A DNA stretch of 64,000 nt from the NCBI GenBank assembly GCA_022813865.1, contig JALDZX010000030.1:62001-126000 (forward strand). The letters run 5' to 3'. The position numbers and the translations under genes are program-made. This DNA comes from Xylographa opegraphella (Eukaryota). Below are positions 40,864-53,228 of the stretch, in pieces (position 1 is the first letter of the stretch; every line of letters begins with the position of its first letter). The notes under the pieces are model-generated. The model searched no databases and was not told the origin of the DNA. It saw only the letters and a list, made by a program, of their open reading frames with translations.

Positions 40864-41192
40864 TACGAACAAGATCGTTCGAGTCGCAGGAGGGCTTCAA
40901 CAAAGTTCTCTCCATGTTCAAGAGTGGGAAGGCCCCGCGTCATATATCGATGCTCAGGGCACGCTGATCCGTTCTGCTCAAACAAAAAGAAAAAGCTTGC
41001 CTTCCAGAAGCTAAATTGCCTAGGATATATGACATTTACATCAGGTTTCATTGGTTCGAGCACGAAGGCTTGCAGCGAGATGAGAGCATGGTCTCCATAA
41101 GTGGCCACCGACCCATTGCGCTTCGGCAACGATCACTCGAAGCAGAAGCTGTGTAGCTCCGTAGACGGAGATGTGACGTTGGTCAACATATA

Positions 41193-41453
41193 CACGTGGT
41201 GGTCGGAAGCACGTGCTGGGCACTGAGGCTATTCATTGGTCAACCTGATAAGGTGTAGCCTTACAGCAATAGTCTGATCCGTGCCTGAGGTGGAGAAATG
41301 CCCCATTGTCGTAAACTGCCAGCCATTATACTCCGGGTATTATACGGAGTCATTGGTCAGGGCTTCGCTCCAGGAGCATGATGCAGTAGAGTCGACAAAT
41401 TTAACCACAAATAGTAGAAAAACGGATATAAAGCTTGACTTCAGCGACACGTG
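41193..41453. promoter_or_regulatory. Three CACGTG E-boxes (41193, 41210, 41448), candidate Pho4/NUC-1/PalcA sites
   Basis: Read directly, 330-590 bp upstream of the phosphodiesterase ATG. Confidence 0.55.
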
Positions 41454-41902
41454 TATATCGGGATGAACATCACAAATAGCTCTCGTGCAATATATCAACA
41501 TGCACACACGACTGAAGCTCCAGAACCGTCTATCATCGGGACTTCCTGACGATTGAACGAAATTTCAAAGCTTGCAAATCTGAAGTTGGAACTGGACTAA
41601 TCCACCTCCGGCAAGCTTCATTGTGCGCCAAGCGTTTGATTAGACCAGATCTTACATGTGTCCCGCCCTGCCGAGCTCAATCAAAAAAGAGAACAGTTTC
41701 CCGGGTCAAGTACAGCTCGGAGTAATCGGCTCTTTCTGAGATTCGAAAATGAGCATTCTTGATGAGTTGCTGCATGGAGACTTGGTTTTGCGCCTTCTGT
41801 GCCCGATCTTTCGACTTCAAGATTATACCCACGGTACTACTGTGGCATTCATCGAATGTAATACTAAATACATTGAAATTGGTGACACTATACATGCCGA
41901 TC

Positions 41903-41968
41903 AAGCCGAGATTTGTGATATTATATAGGCTGAGGAAGTCGAGACTTGTAATATTATACAGGCTAAGA
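41903..41968. repeat. 33-bp direct tandem duplication, diverged
   Basis: AAGCCGAGATTTGTGATATTATATAGGCTGAGG vs AAGTCGAGACTTGTAATATTATACAGGCTAAGA; 6 mismatches, all transitions. Confidence 0.85.
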
Positions 41969-42015
41969 TGGGTGCGATATATTTTCCACTACTATTCTAA
42001 ATGTTCCGCGAGACT

Positions 42016-43701
42016 TCACGCCTGCTTCTCCTCGTCGTTTACGGTGTTAGAGTCCTGCTTCTGTTGTCCTTCTTTGACACTTCTCCATTCCATAGCCAAT
42101 GAGCCAAAAATTGTACAACACGACACAGCGGTGGCGAGATAGAAGGTGACTCTTAGTGCATCGTTATACGCCACTAGTACCTGTGGCAGGAGACTCGCGG
42201 GTACCATGTTCTTGAGATCCGTGGCGCCGGTCGCTACAACAGACCTGGCGTCAATACCAGAGATCTTCGCGAGCTTCTGTGCAAGTTTTATGTCGAAAAT
42301 GTTGTTGCTGACGCTGACGAAGATTGTTCCTCCTAGTAACTGAGAGAATACCATCAACGCCACGCCAATAGAGACGTCTTTGCGAGGGAGTACTGTTTGT
42401 GCAGCAACTGAGGACGTCTGCATGCCAAAGCCAAGCCCTATACCGAAGAGTGCTTGGTAGCCGATCCAAGCCGGGGAACCGGTTTGAGGTGTGAAGGTCG
42501 TGATGAGACCAGCGCCAACGGGTGCGAGGATAGACGCCAATATTAGCCATGGGGTGTAGTAGCCGATTACTCTTGTGAGTATGCCGGTGACAATCCCCAT
42601 GACAACCAGACCCAGAACAAGCGGCAGATTCATAATTCCGGATTCGACTGCTGAGACTTGCTTGATAGCTTGAAACCATATTGGGAGGTAGTAGATGAAT
42701 GTCTGCAAGGCGGCTCCGCTGCAGAAGGAAAACCAGGCACCTGCGAGAATGCTTCTATTGACGAAAATGCGTCCTGGGACGGTCGCATTGTTGCCATTCC
42801 ACTTCTGCACAACGGCGAAGGCGATGAAGAGGACACCAGCCAGGACGAGCAGAATAATGATACGGGCATTCGACCAGCTATAGGTCACTCCGCCCCATTG
42901 CAAAGCCAGCAACAGGCATATGATGCATGGTAGAAAGCAGAAGGTGCCGACAGGGTCCATACGAGTAACCTTCTCTTTCCATGTTGTTGAATCTCGCTTG
43001 AGCATCTCTGGAGGAATACGCAAGAAGATGACAAGTAACACGAAGACAACTGCACCAAATGGCAGGTTGATGTAGAAGCACCACCTCCAACCTGGGCCAT
43101 CGGTAAAGGCTCCTCCGAGCAACGGTCCAAGACTTGCTATGCCGAAGACTGCTCCCATGAGGCCCATATACTGCGATCGCTTGTGTAACGGCACGATATA
43201 GACAATAATCACGACAACCCCTTGGAAAAGACCTGCATTGCCCAAGCCTGCAATAGCACGACCAACAATAAATGCCGTCGAATTGGGAGCAGCACCACAT
43301 ACTGCCGAGCCAAGCTCGAAGACGACTAGCGAGCCTAGATAAACCCATTTCGGGTTGGTAAAGGAGTAAATCTTGCCCAGGAGCAGCATGAATGCACAGG
43401 ATGTGAGAAGATACGACGAACCATACCAGCCGACGTCTCCGAGGGAGTTGAACTCGTCGGTGATACGTGGAATTGCGACACCGAGGATAAGACGGTCGAG
43501 AGCAACGAGGAAAAGAACAAGAAGGAGGCCTGTCATAATGACAAGGACTTGGCTTGTCGGCGGGTAAATATGCTCGGAAGAAGCTTTGGAGAGGTCGTTG
43601 TCGGGAGGCTCATCGTGGGAGACGTGGTCTGTTGAGCTGGAGATCTTTGATGACTGGTCGTGGGACTCGGCTGGCCCTTCCTTGGCTAGTTCTTGCAACA
43701 T
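42016..43701 (-). CDS. MFS DHA2-type (14-TM) toxin/drug efflux pump
   Basis: FLVALD...AIPRITDEF, WYGSSYLL, FELGSAVCGAAPNS..FIVGRAIAG, WRWCFYINLP, YYLPIWFQAIK, MEWRSVK; intronless. Confidence 0.93.
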   Translation of the reverse strand: MLQELAKEGPAESHDQSSKISSSTDHVSHDEPPDNDLSKASSEHIYPPTSQVLVIMTGLLLVLFLVALDRLILGVAIPRITDEFNSLGDVGWYGSSYLLTSCAFMLLLGKIYSFTNPKWVYLGSLVVFELGSAVCGAAPNSTAFIVGRAIAGLGNAGLFQGVVVIIVYIVPLHKRSQYMGLMGAVFGIASLGPLLGGAFTDGPGWRWCFYINLPFGAVVFVLLVIFLRIPPEMLKRDSTTWKEKVTRMDPVGTFCFLPCIICLLLALQWGGVTYSWSNARIIILLVLAGVLFIAFAVVQKWNGNNATVPGRIFVNRSILAGAWFSFCSGAALQTFIYYLPIWFQAIKQVSAVESGIMNLPLVLGLVVMGIVTGILTRVIGYYTPWLILASILAPVGAGLITTFTPQTGSPAWIGYQALFGIGLGFGMQTSSVAAQTVLPRKDVSIGVALMVFSQLLGGTIFVSVSNNIFDIKLAQKLAKISGIDARSVVATGATDLKNMVPASLLPQVLVAYNDALRVTFYLATAVSCCTIFGSLAMEWRSVKEGQQKQDSNTVNDEEKQA

Positions 43702-43965
43702 TGTAAAAAAATACGAGCGAGATGAAGAGTAATTTTTGACAGGTAAGCGAGCGAATGTCACCAATTTATACGTGCTTGGACTGATGGAGATCAGTCTTCG
43801 GACCGTGTCCGAGGGAACAGATCTCGGATTCGGAGCATGAAGAGAACTGGTCCTCTACCTAACGGTACGAGATGTATGTTGCAGGGCCAGGTAGGCCCAA
43901 TTCAACCCCGGGGATGGCCTTAATGAAAGGAATGCTGTTTGTCGCTCGGACGTCGGAGTTCAGCC

Positions 43966-44040
43966 AAAAACGAAACCGAAACCGAGACCGAAACCGAAAC
44001 CGAGACCGAGAACTTTTTCAAAACCGAACCCTTAAAACCG
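43966..44040. repeat. GAAACC/GAGACC hexamer array
   Basis: AAACGAAACCGAAACCGAGACCGAAACCGAAACCGAGACCGAGA followed by two more AACCG units. Confidence 0.85.
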
Positions 44041-45719
44041 ATGCTCAATACATGAGGATTGATCGTGGATTTTCACACGACTTACCTAGATGTCCCCTTC
44101 AGACTAAAATTGAAAACAGCCTCGGACAGAAGATGTTCATATATATGTACATATCTCTCCTCAATCTCTGTCTCTATCTTCGACTGTCTCCTCGTCCACT
44201 GTAGCACGACTCCATATCACCTGAGTGTTCGGCTGTGAAATGCTGGAGATGCACTTCGATTCAACCCTTCAGTATCCAAAGTAAGACTTGCAAGAAGTGC
44301 CTTTCAATCTACAAATAACCCAAGGACGATCGATCGGCTCAAGGTTTCCATGGCGGGCTCATCTATCGCAGGCTGAAATAGCAAGACCACGACTTACCAA
44401 TTCGCCAAAGACAGAGCTACGGTATCGTCATTGAGCGCTTCCTAAAATTGCGTATCGATGAATTGAAATAGTGCGGAAGATGCTGGGGATGAAACCAGTC
44501 ACGCGAACCAAGACGACTCATGGAAGGCATTGGGTTTGTCCGACCTGACGGCCGAACGTATGGAATCATTGGAGCTTCTGGGTATTCCATCAGCAGTCGC
44601 TTGCCTCAAGGTGCGAGATTGTCCGCAGCGATCTAGCCCATATTCTTTTCAATCTGATCAAGGACAACTAAAATGTCACATATTTGTGGCGAGCAAGTCG
44701 CGTTGATGTAGCGGAGTATGAAAGAACAACGGGCCTCTTACGAGCGAGTGTACCAACGGCTAACCAAAAATGATCTACGACCTTGTCATTACCTCTAATG
44801 GCATGACCTCGAGGGTTCGAGCCATCGACCTTGGTTACAGTGTCGGAGATCATGTCCAACTAGCGGACTGCTGGGCGGCCTACTCCACTACAGAACTAAA
44901 TAATTAAAAGGAACTAGGTTTGCATCATCATACTACGTCCTTGAAGGCCGCTTGCTGGCTTAGGTACTTGACTTATCGGGCGGGGGTCGAGTCACGCTGA
45001 TGAGGCTTTCAACCTTGTGGAGGTAGCCCTCGGGCGATGCCTGAGGTGATTTCTACGCTAAGATACGAGCCGTTACTTTCCTAGATCATCAAGACCGTCC
45101 CCACTCATGCTTCTCAATACACGACGGGTATCGACATTGGTCGTATCAATAGTATGGTGAACGAAGGCAGCGGGGATCAAGACGATCTTACAGTATCATT
45201 AAATATTCACTGTGACAGGTATGAACAATGGCTGTAACTCTGGTGGACGGAAGGCCTTCAAGCAACGATGATTTCTCCCTGATTAAGTGAACGATCACAA
45301 TGATGATAACATGCTGATGTGGAATCATAACCGTATATGATATATATGGATAATGAGGGGAAATCGGTTTCCCTAGCGCATTGATCTCGCGGGTCACCAC
45401 TGTTGGGATGCTTGGCATTTATCGCTTAAGCATTATAATAGATATAGCAAGATCTCGCTTCAGGGTCCAACCCGTTGAACCTTTCCCAATAGAACATATT
45501 TGAGCCCAACAACGGTCTCCCGGATCAGTCTCTTGTGCTCTAGCCGATATCTAGTGTAGTCACGAAGGCGCTAGGTAGAACTCTGGATCTGGTTCCATCC
45601 AAGGTCGCTTCAAGATTGGGGTTATCAACCACAACCTCCTTGGACTTCTTCTTCGTTGAAGGAGATATAACCTGCAGAGTTTTCACCTTTGTCGAAGTAC
45701 TGTTCCTTCCCGAGCCCTC

Positions 45720-45838
45720 CAGCAACGAACTCAACAGCAACGATCTCAACAGCAACGATCTCAACAGCAACGAACTCAACAGCAACGAATCCAACAGCAA
45801 TGGATCCAACAGCAATGGATCCAACAGCAGCGGACTCA
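45720..45838. repeat. 15-bp minisatellite, about 8 copies (CAGCAACGAWCTCAA drifting to CAGCAATGGATCCAA)
   Basis: Read directly; explains the several overlapping low-complexity ORFs at 45.5-46.0 kb. Confidence 0.93.
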
Positions 45839-46702
45839 TACTCGTACAAATGTACCCATGGAGCCAGTTATGCTGCGCTCCGCACGCACAAAAATGGTGT
45901 TACGCGTGCCAGGATTCCTCCGTTGACGTCTGGCTAAATCCGCCCCAGGGACTGTTCCCGCACTGCAGTGATGTGCAGGTAAGGTGAAGTTCTGAAATGC
46001 TGGGTTCGAACAGGTCAGGTTCAGAAAGCTTTGATTCGGAACCCAGGTCAGGAAAGCAGGTCAGATTTTCAACATAAGGTACGAATGATCCTAGGGAGAC
46101 AATAATCCCAAATGGTCGATGGTCCCACTTCGATCACCAATGTAAGGTGGACACAGAAGTCCGAGGTCAACAAGCAGATTTCATTTTCTAGGATGGCTAG
46201 CTACGGATGGAAGAAACTGCCTATTTAAGCTTGAGCAATGGTAGAGACCACGCCTTGCGTGATATCGCCATCGAGGGATGCTTTTCGTGGAGATTGCCCT
46301 CTCACAGTGGGCGGTATCTGTGTAGGAAAGTTGTTCATATATATGTATCACAAGAATAGCAGAGCGGAAGCACGATAGTAGAAATGTGGGTGAGAACTGT
46401 TCAATTGTTCAGCGGATTGAATTTATAGGAAGCAGTAGAGTAATGAAAGGAACCCCGCAATTGGAAAGAGCGATTGGCCGAGTGAATATGTTTAAAGGAG
46501 CTGTACGGAGCGAGCGTTGAGGTTCAGATAATGGTGGAATAGATTGTAGAGGTAATATTAACAAGGTAGCTCAATATAGAAATGATAATAGAATTATGAG
46601 CGGAAAGGTTGCCATGATGATCCATCCAGCTTGAACTGAGCCCTGCAAGCATCAGAAAAATAATCCACAAAGAAGCACTGAACAAGTTGTCTGGAGAGTC
46701 CA

Positions 46703-49653
46703 TCACAAGGCCTTGACCTTCGGCACCACCCACCAGTCGTGATAGCCCTTCTCATCAACCTCGACCTTCATCTTCCCAGCCTCCATCCCTCCAGCGATCC
46801 ATTTCCTCACACCTGCAACAGCAATGCCTACGGCGATAACGCTCCTCAGGACATCTTTCTGCTTGACTTTCCATTCTTTCTCACAGCCTTGACATCTCGC
46901 CGTCTCCGCAGAGGATTTGCTGACCGCCTCCCATTCCTTCCGAGCAATCTTGGTTGCAAGCTCAGCGGCCTCTAAGAGGGAGTCTAGTCGCTTGGCTTCT
47001 AGGCTTCTGCTAAGAGCGGATCGATCTTGGGGCTGGGCGGACAAGGGGTTGACGAGGGAGCTGAACTCCTCGTAGGATGGCACAGACGGTATAGATATCG
47101 GAAGGAATGGCCGCATGCGTAGGGAATAGCGAAATGCCGGGGTACTGTACGGGAAATCAAAGTTGGCTGGTAACAACGAAAGATGAGCAAGTGAGATGTA
47201 CAGCTTTTTGTTGCGAAATATGTCAGCAAGGGGCCTTGGAGATATGAAAGACTTTAATCCTGGCTGATCTGGTTGACTTACGCAAGAGAGAGCATCGGCA
47301 AAAGATTGGGTGGCTGAAGCCTCGAGCATTGAGAAACTGAGGAAGGAGAGAGATTGAGAGAAAGCTGTTGTTTGCTCTGGAGTGGGTCGGTCCACGAGAT
47401 TCACTCGGCGCAATGTGAATGTACGAATACGTTCCAGATGCTGCAATCGAAAGTTTGCTAGGTACTGTAAGTACCTAATCATGTATTATATCTGGTTAGC
47501 TCATCAAATTGTCATTCAGATTATGCATGAACACGCTTACCAATACATGCCAGCGAGCTCGTTCGTCCGGTAGATGTGTAGCTCGAACCCAAGTTGGACA
47601 ATCCATTCCATTTGGTGAAGCTTGTGGTAATATGACCATGATGACAAGGGGAAGGACCAAACATCCTCCTCGTTCGATGTCTGACCGGCTATCGGCACTT
47701 CGTGAGTATATTCACGAAGAGACATATCGATTTCTTCGGCCTATACGAACAGTAAGCATTGCCTAACACTAGCACATCTCTCACTTACATCTAATTGAAT
47801 GTTCTCCCAGTCAAGTATCGTGTGGCAAAGCATCCTGCGCGCCCTCGAACGGTTCATGTTCATAGCTCTCAGGGTATCAAGATACAACTGCTTTAATTTA
47901 GCTATACTTTAGAAAGAGGGACTTGAAAAGTGAATCCCATACCTGACCAACACGGTCAACGAAGACGTTCATTATCTTTGCTATCTGAAACTTCCGGCTC
48001 TGAGGAGCTTCCACGTCGTAGTTTGCCATATCCACCAGTATCTCAGCGGGTAGAACCAGCTCGGCTAAATCGTCAAATATGAATTTTGTAAAAGATGTTT
48101 CGCCGGAAATCCGCATTTTGCTGTGAATTAAGGATGATAGCAAGCATCGTACATACACAGATGGTTGAGGCTTTCGCGTTTCAAAGATTGATACAAACGT
48201 CTGCATAATGTAAGCATAAAATGAATGTAGACTCAATTCGGCTACCAACAAATATTTGGCTTCCCTTCAGACAATCGAACACACCCCCAGCTTCCTCAGC
48301 GTCGTTGAAGAACTGCTTTAGGAAATTGTAGGTATCTTTCAGATCATTCATGATCACGGGACGAGGAGGCACAGTGCTAGCGAAGCGACGTTGAATCTTG
48401 GCACTGAAGCTTTGTGGAACTGCAGTGCCGTGCTTATAACTGTCGAGAAAAGGGACCAAAGCACTCGAGCAGTTTCGCCAGAAAGCGGCATACTCTTCCT
48501 TCGAGACACAAGGACCAAATGCCACAGCACGTAAAAATCGCTTTCGAAACAGGAACCGACCCACAAGTGCTTCACGAATGTGGTCGGCGCATGAATCTTT
48601 CATGGCCTCGATCATCCAAATAGCTTGATCCAGAAGTTCCTCGATATCGACTATGTTAGGACCTGGCAGCAACCTTCGATTGTAAAGGTTAGAAACGAAG
48701 TCTTCCTCCTGCAATCCAGATTGATCAGATCATGCAGCAACAGGACAAGCCAGCTTCAAAGCCGAAGAGTAGGGGATCGTCGTACCTCGAAGTACGTCTC
48801 GCTGGTTATCTTTTCGTGAACAAAGTAGCAAGTCTTAATTAAGCCTAGGCAGTAGGCCTGCAACACTACATGCAACATCATGTTGTCCGAAGGAGGATTG
48901 CTGTCGCGATGAAAGGTTGCTTCCTCAAGACTTTTGGGCTCTGGCCAAAGAAGTCGGTCGATATAGAGAGAGGAGAACAGTGTTTGCGAGAGGTGATTGC
49001 CCATATACCATGCTACCTGGTCGTTGCGGATTAGAAGAGTCCTTTCGTTGCTTCAAGACTTGATTTTTGGAAATTTCGTCCACGAACCTCAGCACATAAC
49101 AACTGGTCAATAATGCCAACCACTTCTTCCGGGAGGAGGTCTCGAAGTATATCGTAGTCATCTTCCAGAGTTTCTCCTGGACCTAGACAGCCGCTGTCCA
49201 TCTTGGGATCCATAATCTACACCCATGGTGGTTGCTATCAGTCCTTAGCCCACGATTCGGCCAGCACTCATCGAATAAGAGTTCTCGTACCTCCAAGGCC
49301 CCGACAGCTTCAAATAGTGTGAAGAATTCATCTTTGACGAGTTGCCCAGTACCCAGTGCTGTTTAAACATACGAGTCAGTCACATAGTTGTAGGTTCTCG
49401 ACCAAGACACACCTTCAGCAGCTCGCGTGAAGTCACTTGAAATATCTTGCGCCTCTTTCTGTTTGTTCAACCCTCGTGGTACAATCGATAAGGGCTTGCG
49501 CTGTTGCGTCCTGTCGGGGATATCGGCGTGGTCATCGACTCGGAGTTGCGACGCCTCTAAAAGAATCCGTAATGTCAGGAGAGCATTCAGTGGGGTGACA
49601 GCAACCGTTCTTTACATACCCTGGGTGAGTACGGCCTCTGCTTCGGAGCTCAT
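46703..49653 (-). CDS. MAK10: NatC N-acetyltransferase auxiliary subunit Mak10
   Basis: GQLVKDEFFTLFEAVGALE, IMDPKMDSG, W.MGNHLSQTLF, EEDF, GFELHIY..NELAGMYW, RMRPF, YHDWWVVP; ATG 49653 (MSSEAEAVLTQ) followed by a GTATGT donor. Confidence 0.92.
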
Positions 49654-49840
49654 GTTTGGCAATCAATTTATTACAGGATAAGCTGGATTTCACGTGTAAT
49701 CGCATTTTCAACGGCAAAGTGTATGTGATACAAGATCAATGCTTCACTAGCCGATAGTCTACAGCTTCTGGGGTGCGCATCAAATGTACAGAAGTCTCAA
49801 CTCCGCAATCGCTCCTCACAACCTGGTTCCCCCGACTGTT

Positions 49841-50181
49841 CTATGATTGCCCCTGCTCTGCATGATCTGCCATCGCTGTTGAGTTGGCCGTAGCCAGGTT
49901 TTTGTTTTCGCCCTGCTTGCCGTTCTGAATGGATATGAGCACAAGCTTCCCATATCACAATAAGCATTTAGGCATTGAAGTTACGAACCTGCCATTTTGC
50001 AAATCTCAAGTCCATCTCACCACGTTTCTCAGCTTGCAGCCGTGACTCTTCCTTTAGGGAACGTCGAACAACGCGGGCTGCGATAGCCAGATAGCGGTTG
50101 TAGCTGGAATCTGTCAGTTCCCCCACATTCATACACCGAAACAACTCACGTCAAGCCAGCGGCTTTCCAGGCGGATGCCAT
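49841..50181 (-). CDS. ATP15: Mitochondrial ATP synthase epsilon subunit (76 aa, 3 exons)
   Basis: Exons 50181-50150, 50103-49989, 49924-49841 give MASAWKAAGLTYNRYLAIAARVVRRSLKEESRLQAEKRGEMDLRFAKWQNGKQGENKNLATANSTAMADHAEQGQS; absent from the ORF track. Confidence 0.95.
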
Positions 50182-51290
50182 TATTGAAAGGATGGGGGAT
50201 TTAAAGAACGTGGGATTCGGCGCTCAATAGCAAGATTCAATGTTCTGGACACTGGCTCGCCGGTTATTGATGGAGCAAACGTGCCAAGACAAGAATCCAC
50301 GCTAGTGTACAAAGGTAAAAAACCCCCACGCCTGCACTAGTTCCGTAACGTTGTTGTTGATAGCCAGTGGAACAATATGAATAGGGAGAATATTAATGCA
50401 ACCGCCGTTGCTAAATGCCTAAGACAACCTTACGACCGTCTACAGTCGACTAAAGGTAAAACATACCGTCCAATTGGTCTGCTTCTTAGCTACTGTGAAC
50501 TTGCTTCAGTTGGCGAAGGTGAGGATGCTTTGTTTCCCGAGCTTATAAGAATTGATTACAGTAGGAGCATAGGATACTGATTGATGCGAATGCAATTACC
50601 AAAATCTATCATCGTAACGACTTTGTATTGTGCATATGTCTGAGCTCCTTTGCTAAACAGGCTTCCGCGGCTTCTGCCTTTCTTGACAATGATAGTTTTG
50701 AAGTGCTTCAGAGGCGCCAGTCAGTGATGATGCCTGAATCGTGTATGGCGGAATATCATCTGTTTACTTATGATATATTACTCCCTAAAAAGTATAGTTG
50801 CAGTGGTCTCCTTCCACCGCTAGGTCGACTGTGGTGGTTCGCACCATTCCTGTTGATTTGCTACGACGAGCAATCTTGCAACCCAGATCCTGTTAGCACC
50901 GAAGTGCTCTTCTGCATGTTTGATCCTGGAGGTAGACGAATGACGAAATTAATGGCAGCTCAATAGACTGCGCGTTTTTGAGTTGGATACTCCTATTGTA
51001 TATACTTGTCAGAACCACAACCACTAGGATGGTGTACCACCCGAGTAAACCGGAGAAATGTTCAGATTGATACCACATAGCTATTTGGATGTTCAATACT
51101 TCCATCTTCTAAGACCATCGACATCATTAATATCCTATACAGTTATTCACTACCAACTGACGGTCCCTAACCAGGTATCCTTCTTCACTGTTCGAATGCA
51201 TGCTATTGACATGATAGATGCCTCTAAATTGCGATCTTTCGTTTTATTGATTCTGGCGAGTATGATACAAGGACTGCCGCTACAAGTACA

Positions 51291-52857
51291 TCAAACATTG
51301 AGACCGATCTCCTCAGCAAACGGAAGCACGTAAAGGTCTCCAACCGAAGATACTGTTGCCTTCCCGTCCAATAGTGCCTTCGCGGCCTGGAGATGTATTA
51401 GTCAATCGTACTCGTAATTTGATGCAGGAATCAACTTACCTTCTTGACCTGGTCCTCAGTCACTCTATCAATTCCCTTACCCACTTCATCTATTTGATGC
51501 GCTTTCCCTTCCTGAACAAGCCCAGCACCGGTCAACTCCAGTCCCGCTGCAACGTTCTGGCCCGACTCAAGAGCCTTGAACTTAGCCGTAGCTATAGCCT
51601 TCTTGATTTCATCTTTGCTAACCTCCCCAGCAGCCACCTTCTTCAGAGCCTGGACGACATCTTTGCTGGCGTCTCTGACTTGATTGGAACTCCCAGTAAT
51701 TGAGATACACAGTAATCCGGCATCGGAGTACGCAGCGTGTGTAGTCATTATATGAGCTCCAGGATATGCTTCCGTGGCCTTCGAAAGTAGTGAAAAGCCA
51801 GGAGACCATTTGATGGAAGACTGGCCACCCAGAAGCGATGCCAGTACGGATATTTCAGGCTTGTACAATTGACCTGTAAAGGAGCTCGATCCCGGGAATG
51901 CTAATATCATGGAATTCCCTGCATCGTGTGCAATGCGCTCCTCTCCACCGTAATACTTCGACGGCGTCTTGTCAATGGCTGGAACGTCACTTGGCGCCGT
52001 ATCTGGGGAGTCCGTGAAGAATTCGCCGACCCATTTGGAAAGCTCGGAATGTTCAACACCATTGGCAACGACTGCAAAATTAGGCTTTGCATATGCAGCT
52101 TTGCTATAGGCTTCGAGGTCGTTCTCGTTCAGGTACTTCGTCATTGGTGTCGATGATGATGGATGTAGAGGAGTTCCAAGACCGCGATGAAAGGCAACTC
52201 CATGCGCTGAGTTGATAGCGAGATCCAAAGTTCTGCCCAACAGTGCTTTCTGGTTGAGTTTGATGACTGGAAGGACCTCTTCCTGAAGTTCGTGACCTGT
52301 GTACACTGTCAGCCGGTAAGCTGACGACCAGAACAGTGAACCTTACGAGTGTATTTCGTCTTTGAGATGACCTCGCCCAGTAGCTCTACAAAGTAAGGGA
52401 GATCATCCCGCATGAATTTGGCTCCAATCACTAAGTTCTCCCTTGAATGGTATGACGAGAGCTCAGCGCCGAGGATTTCGGATTCGCGCGTTATTCGCAG
52501 AGAAGATCGTTTATAGGTCGACTAGAGCAGAAAGCCTTCGGTTAGAAACTATCATTCAACTGTGCGTCGGTCTGGCACAACAAACAGCCCACTGACCTTG
52601 AAAGCAAATTGTTCTAATCCGTCTGCAAAGCCTGGGAGTATCTGATACCGAGTTCCCGCTTTTGCGACAACTGCTAACGTAGTCGTTGGTCCAGCCAAGT
52701 CTCTGCTCGCGAATTTCACACCGCCGACATCACCAGTCTCATAGAAGAAACTGCCTGAAGCTGGCGTTGCTAGACCCCGAAACCTGCTTGGTTGGAGGAG
52801 ACATTGCAGCCGGAAGTTGAACTGTGCAGAGCGACAGAGCGACGCTCGTGAGATCAT
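51291..52857 (-). CDS. QCR2: Cytochrome bc1 core protein 2
   Basis: Mitochondrial presequence, AKAGTRY, RSSLRITRESE.LG, AHGVAFHRGLG, YYGGEERI, LGGQSSIKWSPG, YSDAGL, GDLYVLPF. Confidence 0.95.
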
Positions 52858-53228
52858 TGTGTCGGACAGAACACTATATGAAGACGGACGTCGAACTGGC
52901 AATGGATGCGCAATGTCAATTGAAGCTATTTCGTTGCAAGATTCGATACCAATCGGCGTCTCCGAGCTTCCTATTCGCCAATCTAGCGAGCGTTTAATGC
53001 GGCTGCGGCTAGCTAGGTTGAGTCTGACTCCAAAAATTTGTGCCCCACCATGGGAATGAATGCGGGCATTTGGCAGTAAGCTTTCTCATTCTTTCCCCAT
53101 TCACACTGCCCGGCCCCAGCTTTTCTACCTTAGTCTTGCGCGACAACTTTCCTCTCCTTCATGACTCAACCACGGTGACAATTGTGCAATTCTAGAGAAC
53201 GTGGTAGCTTCTCTAGAATTGCTGCACC

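Noticed and set aside
44300..44470. Fragment faintly like fungal Hsp70-like proteins (GFHGGLIYRRL...RQSYGI)
   Set aside because: Too short and interrupted by stops to assign without a profile search.
50724..50830. GTGATGA box-C-like motif, possible snoRNA
   Set aside because: No properly spaced CTGA box D or terminal stem.
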